Assembly (NCBI RefSeq): GCF_964355755.1
Contig: NC_092670.1
Coordinates: 23,546,795 to 23,610,794 of the forward strand
Length of the DNA stretch: 64,000 nt
DNA from: Antedon mediterranea
Lineage: Eukaryota > Animalia > Echinodermata
Direction: 5' to 3'
In this document: piece after piece, positions 25,794-38,266 of the stretch
How the letters are laid out: each line of letters opens with the position of its first letter
Numbering within the stretch: position 1 is the stretch's first letter
Made by a program: the position numbers and the translations under genes
The notes under the pieces: model-generated
What the model was told of the DNA's origin: nothing
Seen by the model: only the letters and a program-made list of their open reading frames with translations
The model's database searches: none

Positions 25794-27169
25794 CTTCTAT
25801 ACGATTTTGTAGAACCATTGTGAGATATGTTTGAATTCAGGACTTTACTGTCCATGTATCACACTCCTAAGATAATTCACAGCACTCGTGATGTCCTTCT
25901 CTTTGACTGGTTACAGATTCTTTTTCCCAGGTACTGTACGCCATATTTGAAACCTTGGATCAAGTTGATTGTTCATTTATATTCATAATTTTGATTGCTC
26001 AAGTTTTAAAAAGATTCTAGCTAACTCTTTATTGCTGGTACGAGGAATGACTAATTTAAGGATCACCAATTTTAAAATAATATTTATCAGCTTCTATAAT
26101 CCTTCACTTCAATGACCATGTGCTTTTTAGTGCCACATAGTTTCGAGCATTGTCTCTTCCATATATTATTTCTCTAAGTTTTCAATATTTTATATTTTAA
26201 ATGGAGTAGGCATATTTTGCATCTTTACATTTGATGGCATATTATCACTGCACCAGTGTATGCCTATTTATATGCAGAATATCAGGTTTGATACAACAAC
26301 GTGAACCCAACATTTTCATAGGGTTAAGACTATTTCTTGAAAATATAAATATTGAAAGACGATATGGTTTACAGTAGAACATGTTTTGGAAATATAATAA
26401 ATATTTAAACTAGTGTGTGGGTTAAGGATAAGTGTGAGAAAACCAACCAAAAAGAGGATGATGCATGTAGATTACACCCTTTTGTCTATCCCACACAGTC
26501 AATCTTGCAATCCGTATGCACCCAGAAGATACTCGGACGCATGCTTAACTCTAGTGTGTGTGAACAAAACTTAAGTGTGGGTGTAGGTAGTGATGGGGAC
26601 GGCCTCTCTAAATCACCAGGCATGTGCAAAGTGAATAACTTGTTTAATGGCTTTCAGATATCAGGTTTTTATATCCCTGAATTTATCAAACATTCTTTGT
26701 CCATACATTCTTAATAGGCTTGAAAACATTGACACATTTTATAAGTGTAAATATATTTATTCCCAAGTTGAATATCAAATTTAACAGGTTACGTGCCCCG
26801 AAGGTGTGAAACATAGGGAGCTTGTTATTTTCAATATAATTGCATTGTTGTATGTATTGTTATTAAGTGGATGAAAACAGTAAATATAGTAGAGTTATAT
26901 TCCTTTGATTTGTTATGGACAATGTACAAATATTTGGGGTATAATAGCTTTATTCTGTAATGAATAACACTTGCTTAATCTGTCATTAATTATTGATAAT
27001 TCTCTTGTAGAATATTGTTTTCTTTCATCTAATTTAAATGCTTGAAATTCTCAAACACTTCTTACGTTTAGGCATTTATTGGCAGGGGAAAGAAAATCCA
27101 GATACTTGCATTGGTGTAACACTAAGGTGATATTGGTCTATCAGGCCAATAAAACAGCAAATCCTGGCA

Positions 27170-27530
27170 CCACTCATAGGCAGATTTAAAGAGGGGAAGA
27201 GGGAAGAAGCCAAGCCTGCCTGTCCTCACTTTGCAACAATTTATAACATTACGATCCAAAAGATAGGACATATTTAAACTGTAGTACTTTTTAAGCCCAC
27301 TGCACTGTCTATTTAAAAATCCTGGACCACCACTTTGATGCTTTTGTCCGCCATGTCACCCCGCCAAAAACAATCTTGGCACTACTGATATAGACAGATC
27401 CAAGGAGAGGAAGAGAAAAGCCTGCCTGTTCCCAATAAATTTTTAACATTATGATACTAAGCCCGGGCCTCTTTCTGCCAATTTCAAAATCCTTGATCCC
27501 CCAATTTGATGCTTTTGTCCACCATTCGCC
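27170..27530. repeat. Tandem pair of degenerate (G/A)CAGATCC...CCTGGATC-type MITE-like units
   Basis: CAGAT..AA..GG.AAGAG..AAGCCTGCCTGT...TAACATTA.GAT...AAAATCCT.GA.C.CCA.TTTGATGCTTTTGTCC.CCAT is present twice; related ends occur at about 18516-18532, 24601 and 29101-29120. Confidence 0.6.
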
Positions 27531-28139
27531 GATAACCCTACTGTATATGTCCGTTGACAATTTCATTTGATGAAGATTGAAATATTTTCTATGATTTATA
27601 AATTACAGAAGACTTAAATTTTGAATAAATATTTCACAAAGCTTTGAATTTAATGCAGCATCTTAACCCTGGGAGAGCTTTTATCAATTTCTAATAAACT
27701 GTCATTTTTACAAAAATTACTTAGACTAGATAATTGATGACCAAATTCAAGGTTAAAATGCAATAACATAATCCTTTGATTCGAAACAGGTAGTAATCTT
27801 GAAGATCCTCTCTTGAGGAGATTAAGGTTAAATGCTTTTGAATCTTAAACCTACTTAGCATCTTGATGGGCTAAATTATTATCAAGCACTCTAGTAGTAG
27901 AAAACAATGAATAATAATGACCAGATTTTGCATTCCAATACTGCATCATTTTAGTTGTTATGATGATCAACTTTAGTTCAGAAAATAACTTCCATATCAA
28001 TATAACACAATGAAAAAACAAATAGACATGTACTACACAGATACACACCAGTTCATCACAACTCTTAATTTAGTAAATACTTAATAAAATAACAATAGAA
28101 ATTCTTCTTAAAAATTGGCAAATATTATTAGTGCAAATA

Positions 28140-28254
28140 ATTTGCTTGCTTGTGGTTACCCTGTTTTTCACACTTTATTGTACTTAATTTTTTATTAATA
28201 TTTTTATGAATGTTGTGTGAAAAATAAAAGAATCAATCAATCAATCAATCAATC
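28140..28254 (+). repeat. Retroposon-like 3' tail ending in an (AATC)6 microsatellite
   Basis: T-rich tract, AATAAA, then AATCAATC... at 28231-28254, typical of non-LTR element 3' ends. Confidence 0.45.
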
Positions 28255-30199
28255 TTTCTTTAAATTTGTAAATGCATTTTGCAAGTATACTGATAAAAAC
28301 AAGTTGCGTTGCAAAAGAAAGGTAAAAGATTGTTAGTTTCACTTCTTAATATTAAATAACTTTTTTTGACATAAACATGTATTTGGGGAGCAAAATGTGA
28401 AGAAGAAATGCTCTGGGTTTTCGACTAAAAATGAAACTGGTTATTTTGAGTTACTTAACAAAAACACACTATCATAACAATCTTTTGTTCATCTAGAAAG
28501 TTTTTTTACTGATCCCTACAGAATTCCAGCAATCATACATCACTGGAATTCAGAATGTTGATAAACAGTGTAAAAAAGGCTATTACAGGTTGACCTGCTA
28601 TCCACCTTGCTTGAGGGGTGCAATTTAACCCTTTTATAAACCTCAAACAGGTGATTTTGTTTGTAGGTAAAGCTGTTAGGTTCACTAGGGATTTGTTTTG
28701 TTACTCCCCTAAGTAGGACCCTGGTCAACTGGTCAGCAGTGAGTGCAAGCAGCAGGGTTACTGCCAGTAAAATAAACCATTAGGCTGCAGAATTATCATT
28801 GCTCTGATTCTGTAAAGAAAGCCAAATCACCAGTTTTATTTGGTTTATGCATCAACTAAACCCTTTCTACTGCAGTTTTACTTCCTTCATGGTAAAAATA
28901 AACTATTAAGAACAAAGGCTGAAATATTATAATTCCAAGTTCAACCAGAAAAATTGAAGCTAAGAATTACACTACAGCCATATGCATTTTCAAGAGGGAG
29001 AGATGTCTCCCCCTCTAAATTTTAACAATTGGAATGCAAACGATTAGGTTAAATTCAATGCCTCATTTTACAATTTTTAGGCCATGGACGCACTACATTT
29101 CAAAATCCTGGATCTGCCACTCACTGGGCAGTACAGCATAATAATAACTGACTATAAATGGAATTTCAACAAGCAATCATTTAGGTTTTTAGTATACTAT
29201 AACCATTTATTTTTACAGTTTATTAATTGAGAGGCCATAATGCATTTCATATAAATACTTTTCCTTATATATCCATAAAGCTATTTGTTGACTGATTGAT
29301 TTGCAATTAAATTAACAGCAGAATGACCTGTACATAGCTAATTAGGCTGCATTTGTTGGAAAATGATTGATCTTGTCCCAGGTGAGACAGTTGTACATAA
29401 TATGTTTATAGATTTGGTTTCATTTACAGTATTTTGATGGTAGGATAGACATCAATGGTTTACCTATTAGTTCATCATCAACAAAATGTACAAATGGGCA
29501 TAAGTATAATCATTCATCATCTAGCAAGGTGATGAGGGCATAGCCTAAACATCATCTTCTATTCTAATCTTATAAAGGCCTTCCTTCTAGTCTACTCTTT
29601 TTTCTTTAAATATTTGACAAACCCTACTATTAAGAAACCTAATAATACTGTTATGCACCTCTAATTCCTTAATAGCTACTGTGCATCATTTCTACCCTGG
29701 AAAAACCAAATATTATTTGAACTATAGACAATGCAATTCTTTGTATAATATTCAATTTCAATAACAAGAATTTTGTTGAAAAAAAAAACATAAAGAGAAA
29801 ATAAACATTTTGTTGGTAAAATGTTGCTATAGTTTATGTTTTTTTTGTGTGTTACATATTGTTGAATTGTCTAAACTATAATGCTCTCCCTACCCATCAG
29901 TTTCTCTATAATAAAAGTTATCAGTAGTTGACCTATTGTATCTTTATACTGTTATTCAATTGTTTTTTAATTTTATTTACTATGTATAAGTTTTTTTTTC
30001 TGTCAGACATTTTGTAAGTAGGCCCTAATGTGTAGGCCTATTTACTACTGACCTATTGCTTCGATATATTGATTTGCTCGTTATACAATTGTTTTTAAGT
30101 ATCTATTCAAGTGTGCAATTACTACTGTACATTTGTTTTTTGTTTATGTTTTTTTTTTATTTATTTATTTATTTTTTTTTTGGGGGGGGGGAGGGGTTT

Positions 30200-30332
30200 C
30201 AATGTAAGTTAATTATGTAAGTTTTATCATCATTTACCTTTTATATGTTGTTGTTTATATTTGTATGGACGCACCACCGAAAGGTGTGTGCCACTGATTC
30301 TAAAGTGAGTACCAATAAATACTGAATACTGA
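30200..30332 (+). mobile_element. LINE-like 3' end remnant
   Basis: T-rich tract, stem-loop GCACCACCGAAAGGTGTGTGC, then AATAAATACTGAATACTGA short-repeat tail. Confidence 0.45.
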
Positions 30333-32579
30333 GCAGAAGCACAGGATTTTAGAAGCCATGCTTTTCAGATATATGGTTTTTGTTCTGAGTAGAAATTTAA
30401 GTTTGTTGGCCTAATTCTTAAGCATTTTAAATAATTGTAATTTGTAGTCATGTACTGTACCTATAATTGAAATGCATTGGGAAAAATGTTCAATATAAAG
30501 TGCACTGTAACCAGGGACCTACACTCCACACAGGTAATAACATTCTTGTTGCATTGCTCATTCTCTTGCAGCAGACATATTTTACAATGATTTATTTATT
30601 TACATTATTTTACCTGGTGGCCCATAAAAGAATGGCACACAGTGACTGAACCCTAGTAATAAATTACAGTATATACAGTACACTATGTATCATATATCGT
30701 CTGGTATAATCTCACCCCACTAAAACCTGAAATTGGGCAGACTTTGGTCGGGTGGGACTATACCTGGGCAAAGCCTGGTTTAGGAAAAAAATGATTGATA
30801 AGCATTTCTTGTAAAAACCAAAAGTCAATACTGGAACTATACCCGGATATATATGCCCGTTTGTGAAATCAGACATAAAGTAGGGGGTGATTAGAAGCAA
30901 AGAGGGATTATACATGATGATATGGTAATAACTCTATTAGGGGATACTGTACTTTGTGAAAAGTAGAAATATATGTAACACTACAGCCAATCCCTCTTAA
31001 AGTTAAGAACACTTTTTTTGGGTCCCAGGAAAATGGGTGCAATTAGATATTGTGTTGTAAGCTATTGTTGTTTCATCATGTCAGGTAGTTTTTAATGAAA
31101 AATTATATCACTTAGCTTTTCCATATCAATTTTTCAATGTCTACAAATATCTTGTCAAGCACATATCAAATTGTTTATTATTCCCACGGCAGTTAATTTT
31201 ATCCTATTGTATTTACGTCATGCAGTAGTTATTGAAAACAGAAATAAACAGAATTTATTCGTTTTAATTAAGAATGGCCATCTGCTTGAAGCAAAGTATA
31301 TTGAATATTCTGTTAATTAAAAAATAGTTAAGCACTCACATATGTTTGTTAGCTATCACAAATCACAATATTTCTCTTATTATTTTCTACCTTGCATTTT
31401 TTTTTTAGAAAAGTAGACTTTTGAGAGAAGAGTTGTAGATGCAAACATTTCCCATCCATCTCTGCTTCCTTCAATTGCAAACATTTATGAGTCAGTCTTT
31501 TTGGCAGCAGAGCATTTGAATTTTGGAATGCTTATCAAATTGCATAATTACATAATATTGTACAGTACAATAAAGCATAGGGCAACTCTTGTTTCTAAGT
31601 GTCCTTCCTGAAATGATTAAACTTATAAATGCCCACCGAGTACATCATACTATGATCTGATTTGTATCAAATGGCACTATTGCACGGTACAAGGAATATT
31701 TAATGGGTTTATTAAATGGTTCTATTTCATGTAAAATAAAACACTAATGCGAATGGGGAGAGTATTTTGATTCATTCAAAGACTTTCTGACTGTTTACTG
31801 ACTCCTGACATTTTCTGCTTATACTACTCATAAACATTTATTATCTGCATAAATTTGATGAAATAAGATAAATTAAAACCGATAATAAGATACGTTAAAG
31901 AACTTAAGTATTATTGATACTTAGTGTAATCTGTCTAAGCATGTTTGAGTATTTTGTTTGATGTTTTTCATCTTTTAGCTGCAATGAATAACACATTAGT
32001 TATTTGAGCTTTAATATAAATCCATTCTATCTTCTATTTATCATACTTATGTCATTTCATTTCGTACTTAAATTACTAAAATTAAGTCTGAATAAATAAA
32101 AAAACATCAAGGATTTGTCAAACAGAATGCGCACTTGATTCTGCAAAAAAGAATGTTTAAGAAAAGCATAAAATGTACATCTGTGTATTATCGGTATGCA
32201 GAAATAGTGCCCTCTATAGTTTTATTATCATTCTCCGATCCAGAACTCTAGTAAAGTCTACCGTAGAAATAAATCATCATTTAGATTGCTTATTGTTAAC
32301 AATCGATAAACAAACTTAAATGGGATATATGGTAATCATACTAAATCTGCTTGTTTTTAGGTTTCTTTGTACCAAGATTTTATTCACATTATATGGCTTA
32401 GAATAAGCAATTAACTTTCAACAAATGGCTGTAAACAAGTCTGTTACAAAGATGTTGTTTTTAAACCCTTGTTTTACCATATAGAGTAATCATGTCACCT
32501 CAAAGGTGTAGGCCTACAGACTTGTCTGGGGATGGGCTGGAGTCCTGACTGAGTGAAGGAAACAGTACTACTGTAGTAG

Positions 32580-32773
32580 TACAGTCAAAACTTCCAACTG
32601 AACTCTTTGAAAACCAGAAACTTTCCTAAAACCAGACTTTGCTTGAGGTACAAAAGGTTCTAAATTCATTTTTACCATTAAAAACACATTTTCAATACCA
32701 CCAGACCAGACAAGAAAATCAGACATATTAAGTCAGTCCAGAGATGTTCGGTATTGGGAGAGTTTAAACTGTA
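32580..32773. mobile_element. Tc1/mariner-pogo-type MITE
   Basis: TA-CAGTCAAAACTTCCAA ... TTGGGAGAGTTTAAACTG-TA imperfect terminal inverted repeats flanked by TA. Confidence 0.6.
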
Positions 32774-33699
32774 TTTGGCTACCTGCTCACTTCTTGCCTT
32801 AAATTAAAGGTTCATTTTGATGCAATGGTTGACGTTGTCTACTACCCACACCAGTCAATCGGTAACTTTGAAACCTCTGGCATTCTAGTTTTTGCAATTT
32901 TATCATTAAAATTGATGAATGTTTCTAAAAATTGTAAGTAAAACATTGAAAATGTACTGTGGATGGGGAGAGGAGGGGAAGGTGAGTAGACTACAAAATC
33001 TGGACAGAATTTGAAACCATGACAATATGATATAGTGAATTTAAGGAAATAAATGTCATGAATTTTAGAAAATAGACTAATGTATGTAAACATGACTGTC
33101 TCTTTTGTACTCAACCCTATTAACCATTTGTATCTCATTTAATACAATGTTTTATTTCGTTCCCAGTTGTACAGTTGATTAAAGATATTTCACTCTGATT
33201 GGCTGGCTTCATACCGTTTGTGTCAATTTACCGCATCAATTCTCGGACACAATACGACAAGTTTTTGAACGGGTAAGGTTTTATTATCATCTTGTAAGGG
33301 TTGAATGGTTTAATGATAATTGTCAGGCAAAGGTTTTTGTACAGCTGCTTCGTATACCTGTCTTATAGCTGGTCAATTACCATAGACTATAGCAACACTG
33401 AACTTGATTAAAATTGTGTAAATATTAAATATCGCTTTTCAATTAAATAGTGCTTTTTAAACCAGGATTTGGAAGGTCTTATGCAGCTTGTTTTAATCAT
33501 TAATTCCTAAATCAGTAGATCATAATTGTATAGAATATTAATAATGCAGTAACAAAAATATAGAACACCAAACAAACCAGGGTCCGGGAGTTAATTAATA
33601 TAGGTTTATAGTTTTTCTTGCTCACTAAACCATGGACGAATTAGTATTAATCTGATAATATATAAGCATTGTGCAGTGTTCTTGAAGAGTCAACCGATA

Positions 33700-34480
33700 C
33701 CAGATTCTGAAAACAAGCAAAGTCTTCCAAAACTTTAAATTTCTCTGCTTCTAATATATATTTAAACTAAAAATCTTTTTGCAACATTTTTGGGGGTTTG
33801 AGAATGGATATTTAATGGATATTCCATTTTGATGAAAACACAATGTACTGTTAACATAATTTAACGACATACAAAACAATGTAATCTTTCCCTGTGACAA
33901 AATTGCCAACAAAGAAAGTTGAATACCCTGGGAAATCCCCAGGTCCCCTGTAATTAGATATTTACTAGAATAGATCAGTATAATATATTTAAAAATAATA
34001 TGGTACGGAGATGCACTATACCCACCACAATGACCTTTCCTCTTGAGATCATGCATTCTTTGTCTTTCACTCTTCTTTTTTGTTCATTACACAATATGGA
34101 AGAAATTAAATATAAATGTCTTTGGAATTTGAACATATAATTTGCTAATTTAACAAAACATTGACCAGACGTATAGTATTGATTGTAAATCGGTTTTTTT
34201 GGAAATGAGTTTTGTGAATCGTAGAAATGTTTGAACAGATTGCGTTTGCTTTCCAATGTGCATTTGAATAGTTTCTTGGGAAATGTGCAAAATGCAACAA
34301 AGACAAAGACTTAGAGACACTCTAATTAGAGCTATATTGAGAAAGATGAGACATATTGCTATGGAAACATAACATGCTATCATCGACCGATAATGAAACT
34401 GCTCGTATTTGTAATTTAGTAAATTACTTGATCTAAATAATGTGGTGTACCATAACAGTCCCTTCACCTGTGTGACTGGC
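33700..34480 (-). mobile_element. Decayed L1/Tx1-like ORF2 C-terminal remnant
   Basis: Broken minus-strand frames LLWYTTLF...YKYEQFHYR, CLCCILHISQETIQMH (zf-RVT-like C..C..ET..H) and YLITGDL...LSLLAILSQGKITLF resemble L1/Tx1 ORF2 ends; frameshifted. Confidence 0.4.
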
Positions 34481-37400
34481 AAAGGGAAAGCTCTTCATTG
34501 TAAAATATTGTAGTATGCTACAGTATGTGATTGTGAAGAAATAATAACTAAGATCTCACTTTAGGTTTGACGTAGATTAACTTTATTGATTATAAAATGT
34601 AAATTTATTTATGAAAATTGGCAAGATAAGAAAGAAAATATTGAATTGTCTGGAATACACAGAGGGTTTGGCTTTTGGTGTTAAATTCTAAATTGCACAT
34701 TGGTTGTTTCACAGAAAAGTGTCCCCATAAATACAGTAGGGATATATTAATAATGCTATTTCAATCTGAAGTTAAACCAAATGCATTGAAAGTGAATGTA
34801 TTGGTATTTCAACAAGGCAAACCTAGTCCACAAGTCTAACCTTAGCACCTCCCTCTTCTAACTTTACTCATCAACTAGCCATTAGAAAATTAATAACAAC
34901 ATCTCTATAACTAAGTACACACTAAGTTGATTGACACTGTCGCGTAGTTGAATAAAACTGTCAACACCAATCATTTTAAACGACATTTTGACATTTTTCT
35001 ACCCAATGGCAATAAGGTATAGTGAGATTAAAATAGACATAGAAGAATTTAATAATTACTTTATAATTATATTCTATCATGTTCTCTTTAATGAATACAA
35101 AATGTCTTTCATAGGGTGGTGTTCCCCTGGATTTTCTGTAGCCCCATACCAGCTACCAAGCCTCTAGTCCAGAAAGATACACAGGTTTTTCATTGTTAGT
35201 CATATAAATTTACATTTTGACTGATGTTTTAATTTATAAGTTACATAAAAAATTGTGATTTTTTTAAAAAGTCAGAAAATCACACAATTAAAAAAAAAAA
35301 AGTAGTTAATGATATAGCAATTATAAAAACAAACAAAAATATGATGTAAAAGAAACAGGGAAAGTACAGAAAAAGATGAGAAACGAGGTACGATGAGAAC
35401 AAAAAAGATGATAATATTACTAGGCATACTTGTTGTTATTCCATATAACTTACAGCAGCAGCAAGAGCACTGTCTGCTATTCTTATTTGTACAACTGATC
35501 ATCTGATATTTTACTATGGTTAAGTAATATAATTTAGTTAGATATGTACTTTGCAATAAAGTACATATGACCCAATTATATGTACTTTTGCAAAGATGAG
35601 GATGCTAGATGAATGTTCTTTTATATAACCTTAGACCTGGTTTTAGGTGTTATCTAAATAAAGTGTAGAAAATGGCAATTTTAGATATCATTTTGGAAAA
35701 TTTACACTTTCATAGCTACTAAACAATAATGAAATAAATTGTGTTTACAAAAATGAATGTGTAATTTTTTAATTTAAAAAAAACTACATGTCAGCATTCA
35801 AATAGGATCTATCACACAGTAATGGTAAGTTTGTATTTTGGTTATTACAAATTCAACATTACTGTAGTCATTTAAATAGTGCGAACAAACACATTTCTAG
35901 GTTCATTCACATTCTGTGTTGATCATCATCAACTTTATGTGAACCTGCAGTAGCAATGACCACATCTTAAACAGGCCCTGCTAATGACAGATAAACAACT
36001 ATAGTTGAACCTACAGTGGGGGGTAGCTATTGGCTAGCACGTACATTCAGCTGAAGGGCGTATAACACGTATCTATGTTGGATCGTTGTTTTCAATTTGT
36101 CCGATTTATGAAACTCTATAGAATTAATTTAAAGTTAAGATGAAACCTATCCCTGATAATTAAGTTGAAAGTAAATTTAGAAAATGTAAACAATGGTTAA
36201 TTAGGCTTTGGCTGACTCATCATGCTTGAATGCACGTCAAACCGCAGTCACTGAAGGATAATAACAAACCACATGAAGTTAAAAAAAACCAAAGAACTGC
36301 AATCAGAAGTATTTTTGTTAAGGACTCTGGATGTTTGTACATTATACAATGTGGTTATTGCACACATCCACAAACATAAGGCATCAGAGCTTTCCAGAAT
36401 TATACTGGCAATGTTTTAAACTACGCATTTGAAAACTTCCCTGAAAAGAATGTTAATTAGCATACACACACAGTGGGCCTCAACTTTCATTTAGGTACAC
36501 ATATTTATGCAAGATTAAATTACAGAAATTTCAAATCAACACATATATGATATTCTAATGCAAATGTTTATTTGTTTCATCATGGAGAAATAATATTTAT
36601 CCATGGTTTCATTGTTTAAGAAAACAAATACCAGTGGATCAACAAAAAGCAAGATTTGTTTAGTCCTATCTATTATGTAAAAAACAAACAATATGTCTGG
36701 AGAAGGTTCTCATTTACACACCTGAAAGTGAATGTAGGTAATATCTTTTCAGACAACAATAGTCAATTTCCTAAAATAGCTCGGCTAAGCACCACTTCAC
36801 ACCTGTTCTTGAGTTACATCATTTTTATTTGAGTACAAAGATCAAAATTGAGTCAAAAGTAGGCTAATGTGGTAGGGTAAGACACACACCCTTTAAAATT
36901 ACTCATTCACAGCTGGGATATGCTATTATTATGAGATCAGGTAGAACGAGAAATTGGGCAATGAAGAATTTGTATGTGTTTTCATTCAATGCAACATTTT
37001 CAGTGTGGCTTTCCTTGTCTGGGAAGTTGTGCTGTTTTCAATAATACCGTAATACCGTATTTACCCCCTGAATTTGTACCTTGGGACTATACAAAGTTAC
37101 AGACAGTAATATTAACAATAATAATTCACATTTTATTGAGCAACTCTAATAAAAAAACAACACAAAATGTATTTCTTGATGAGCGTGTTTATGCATTTAC
37201 AAAAGAAAGTAAAGAGCAGAATAAATGATGTGATTAAAATTGTTAACATTATATTTGTTAAATGTCTATGTCTGAAACTTGAACATTTACGACAGTGCTT
37301 TTATACCAACTCATGACTGCTGCGTTTATTTGACTGCAAGGCACATTTAACTGCAGTGTTTATTGGTTGTTTACTGTAATGTACAAAGATAAAATATTAC

Positions 37401-38155
37401 AGGAATGCATCTTACTTCTAAATGTGATATTTTTATTAAAAAATTAATTAATATTATTGATGAAAATCGTCAGATTATCTCAGGCAGTTAAAGAGTTTCA
37501 GTAAGAAAAGTAATTCAAAGCCAAATCGTTACTAGTAAAGTAGCGTGAGTTGCGATCGTACAATGCTCATTATTCCGTAGCTGTATCTTCTTAATCTTGA
37601 TTCATTCCCGCTGTTGTCACAGCAATAAATCAAACTCTCTATTCTTCATTTTCTAATCTGTTCTTTTTTCCAAGATTGCAAGAACAAAGCTTTATCCAAC
37701 TAAATCATGTATGAAAAAATTATTTTTTTAATTTAGAGTATTTTAATCAACATTTTTTTTTGGAAAAGAAAAGGCATTATTATTTTGTAGCTTGATGAAT
37801 TTATCAGCCTATTCTAAGAATTAATTTTCTGTGTCAGTGAACTATCATCTTTTCTCTTTCTGGAACAGGCGCATAAAAAGTTTACATTATTATTAATATT
37901 AATATACTGTACATGCTGCTTACCAATCCATGTTGTAGTTTCATTTAATTAGAACAAAGCATAAAGACTTATTTGAATTTAATAGAAATTAATATTTGAA
38001 GGAAGATAGTGAAAGTTATCCAACATGTAAACTTTTGTTTTATGATGGGACACAATTTATCAGTTCTATCAAATTTATGAAAATTGAAGGCCTCCTCACC
38101 CATCAACACTAAAATTCCGTACTAAACCCTAGTGGTCTGTTTAGATGTTGCATGA

Positions 38156-38266
38156 TACAGTAGAACCTTTAGGAGAACACCTTTGGGTCCATCCATTGCG
38201 TGTTCCTTTAGGTGTCTCTTGAATAGTGGTGTCCCAAAGGGGAAGAATCCTGGGCTTACTGATGTA
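38156..38266 (+). mobile_element. Tc1/mariner-type MITE (partial)
   Basis: TACAGTAGAACCTTTAGGAGAACACCTTTGGG...GAATAGTGGTGTCCCAAAGG matches the other family copies. Confidence 0.7.

Noticed and set aside
36030-36085. Additional P-like scar (TTGGCTAG ... TTGGATCG flanks)
   Set aside because: Flanks match only 6 of 8 and the left end is not a clear inverted repeat.
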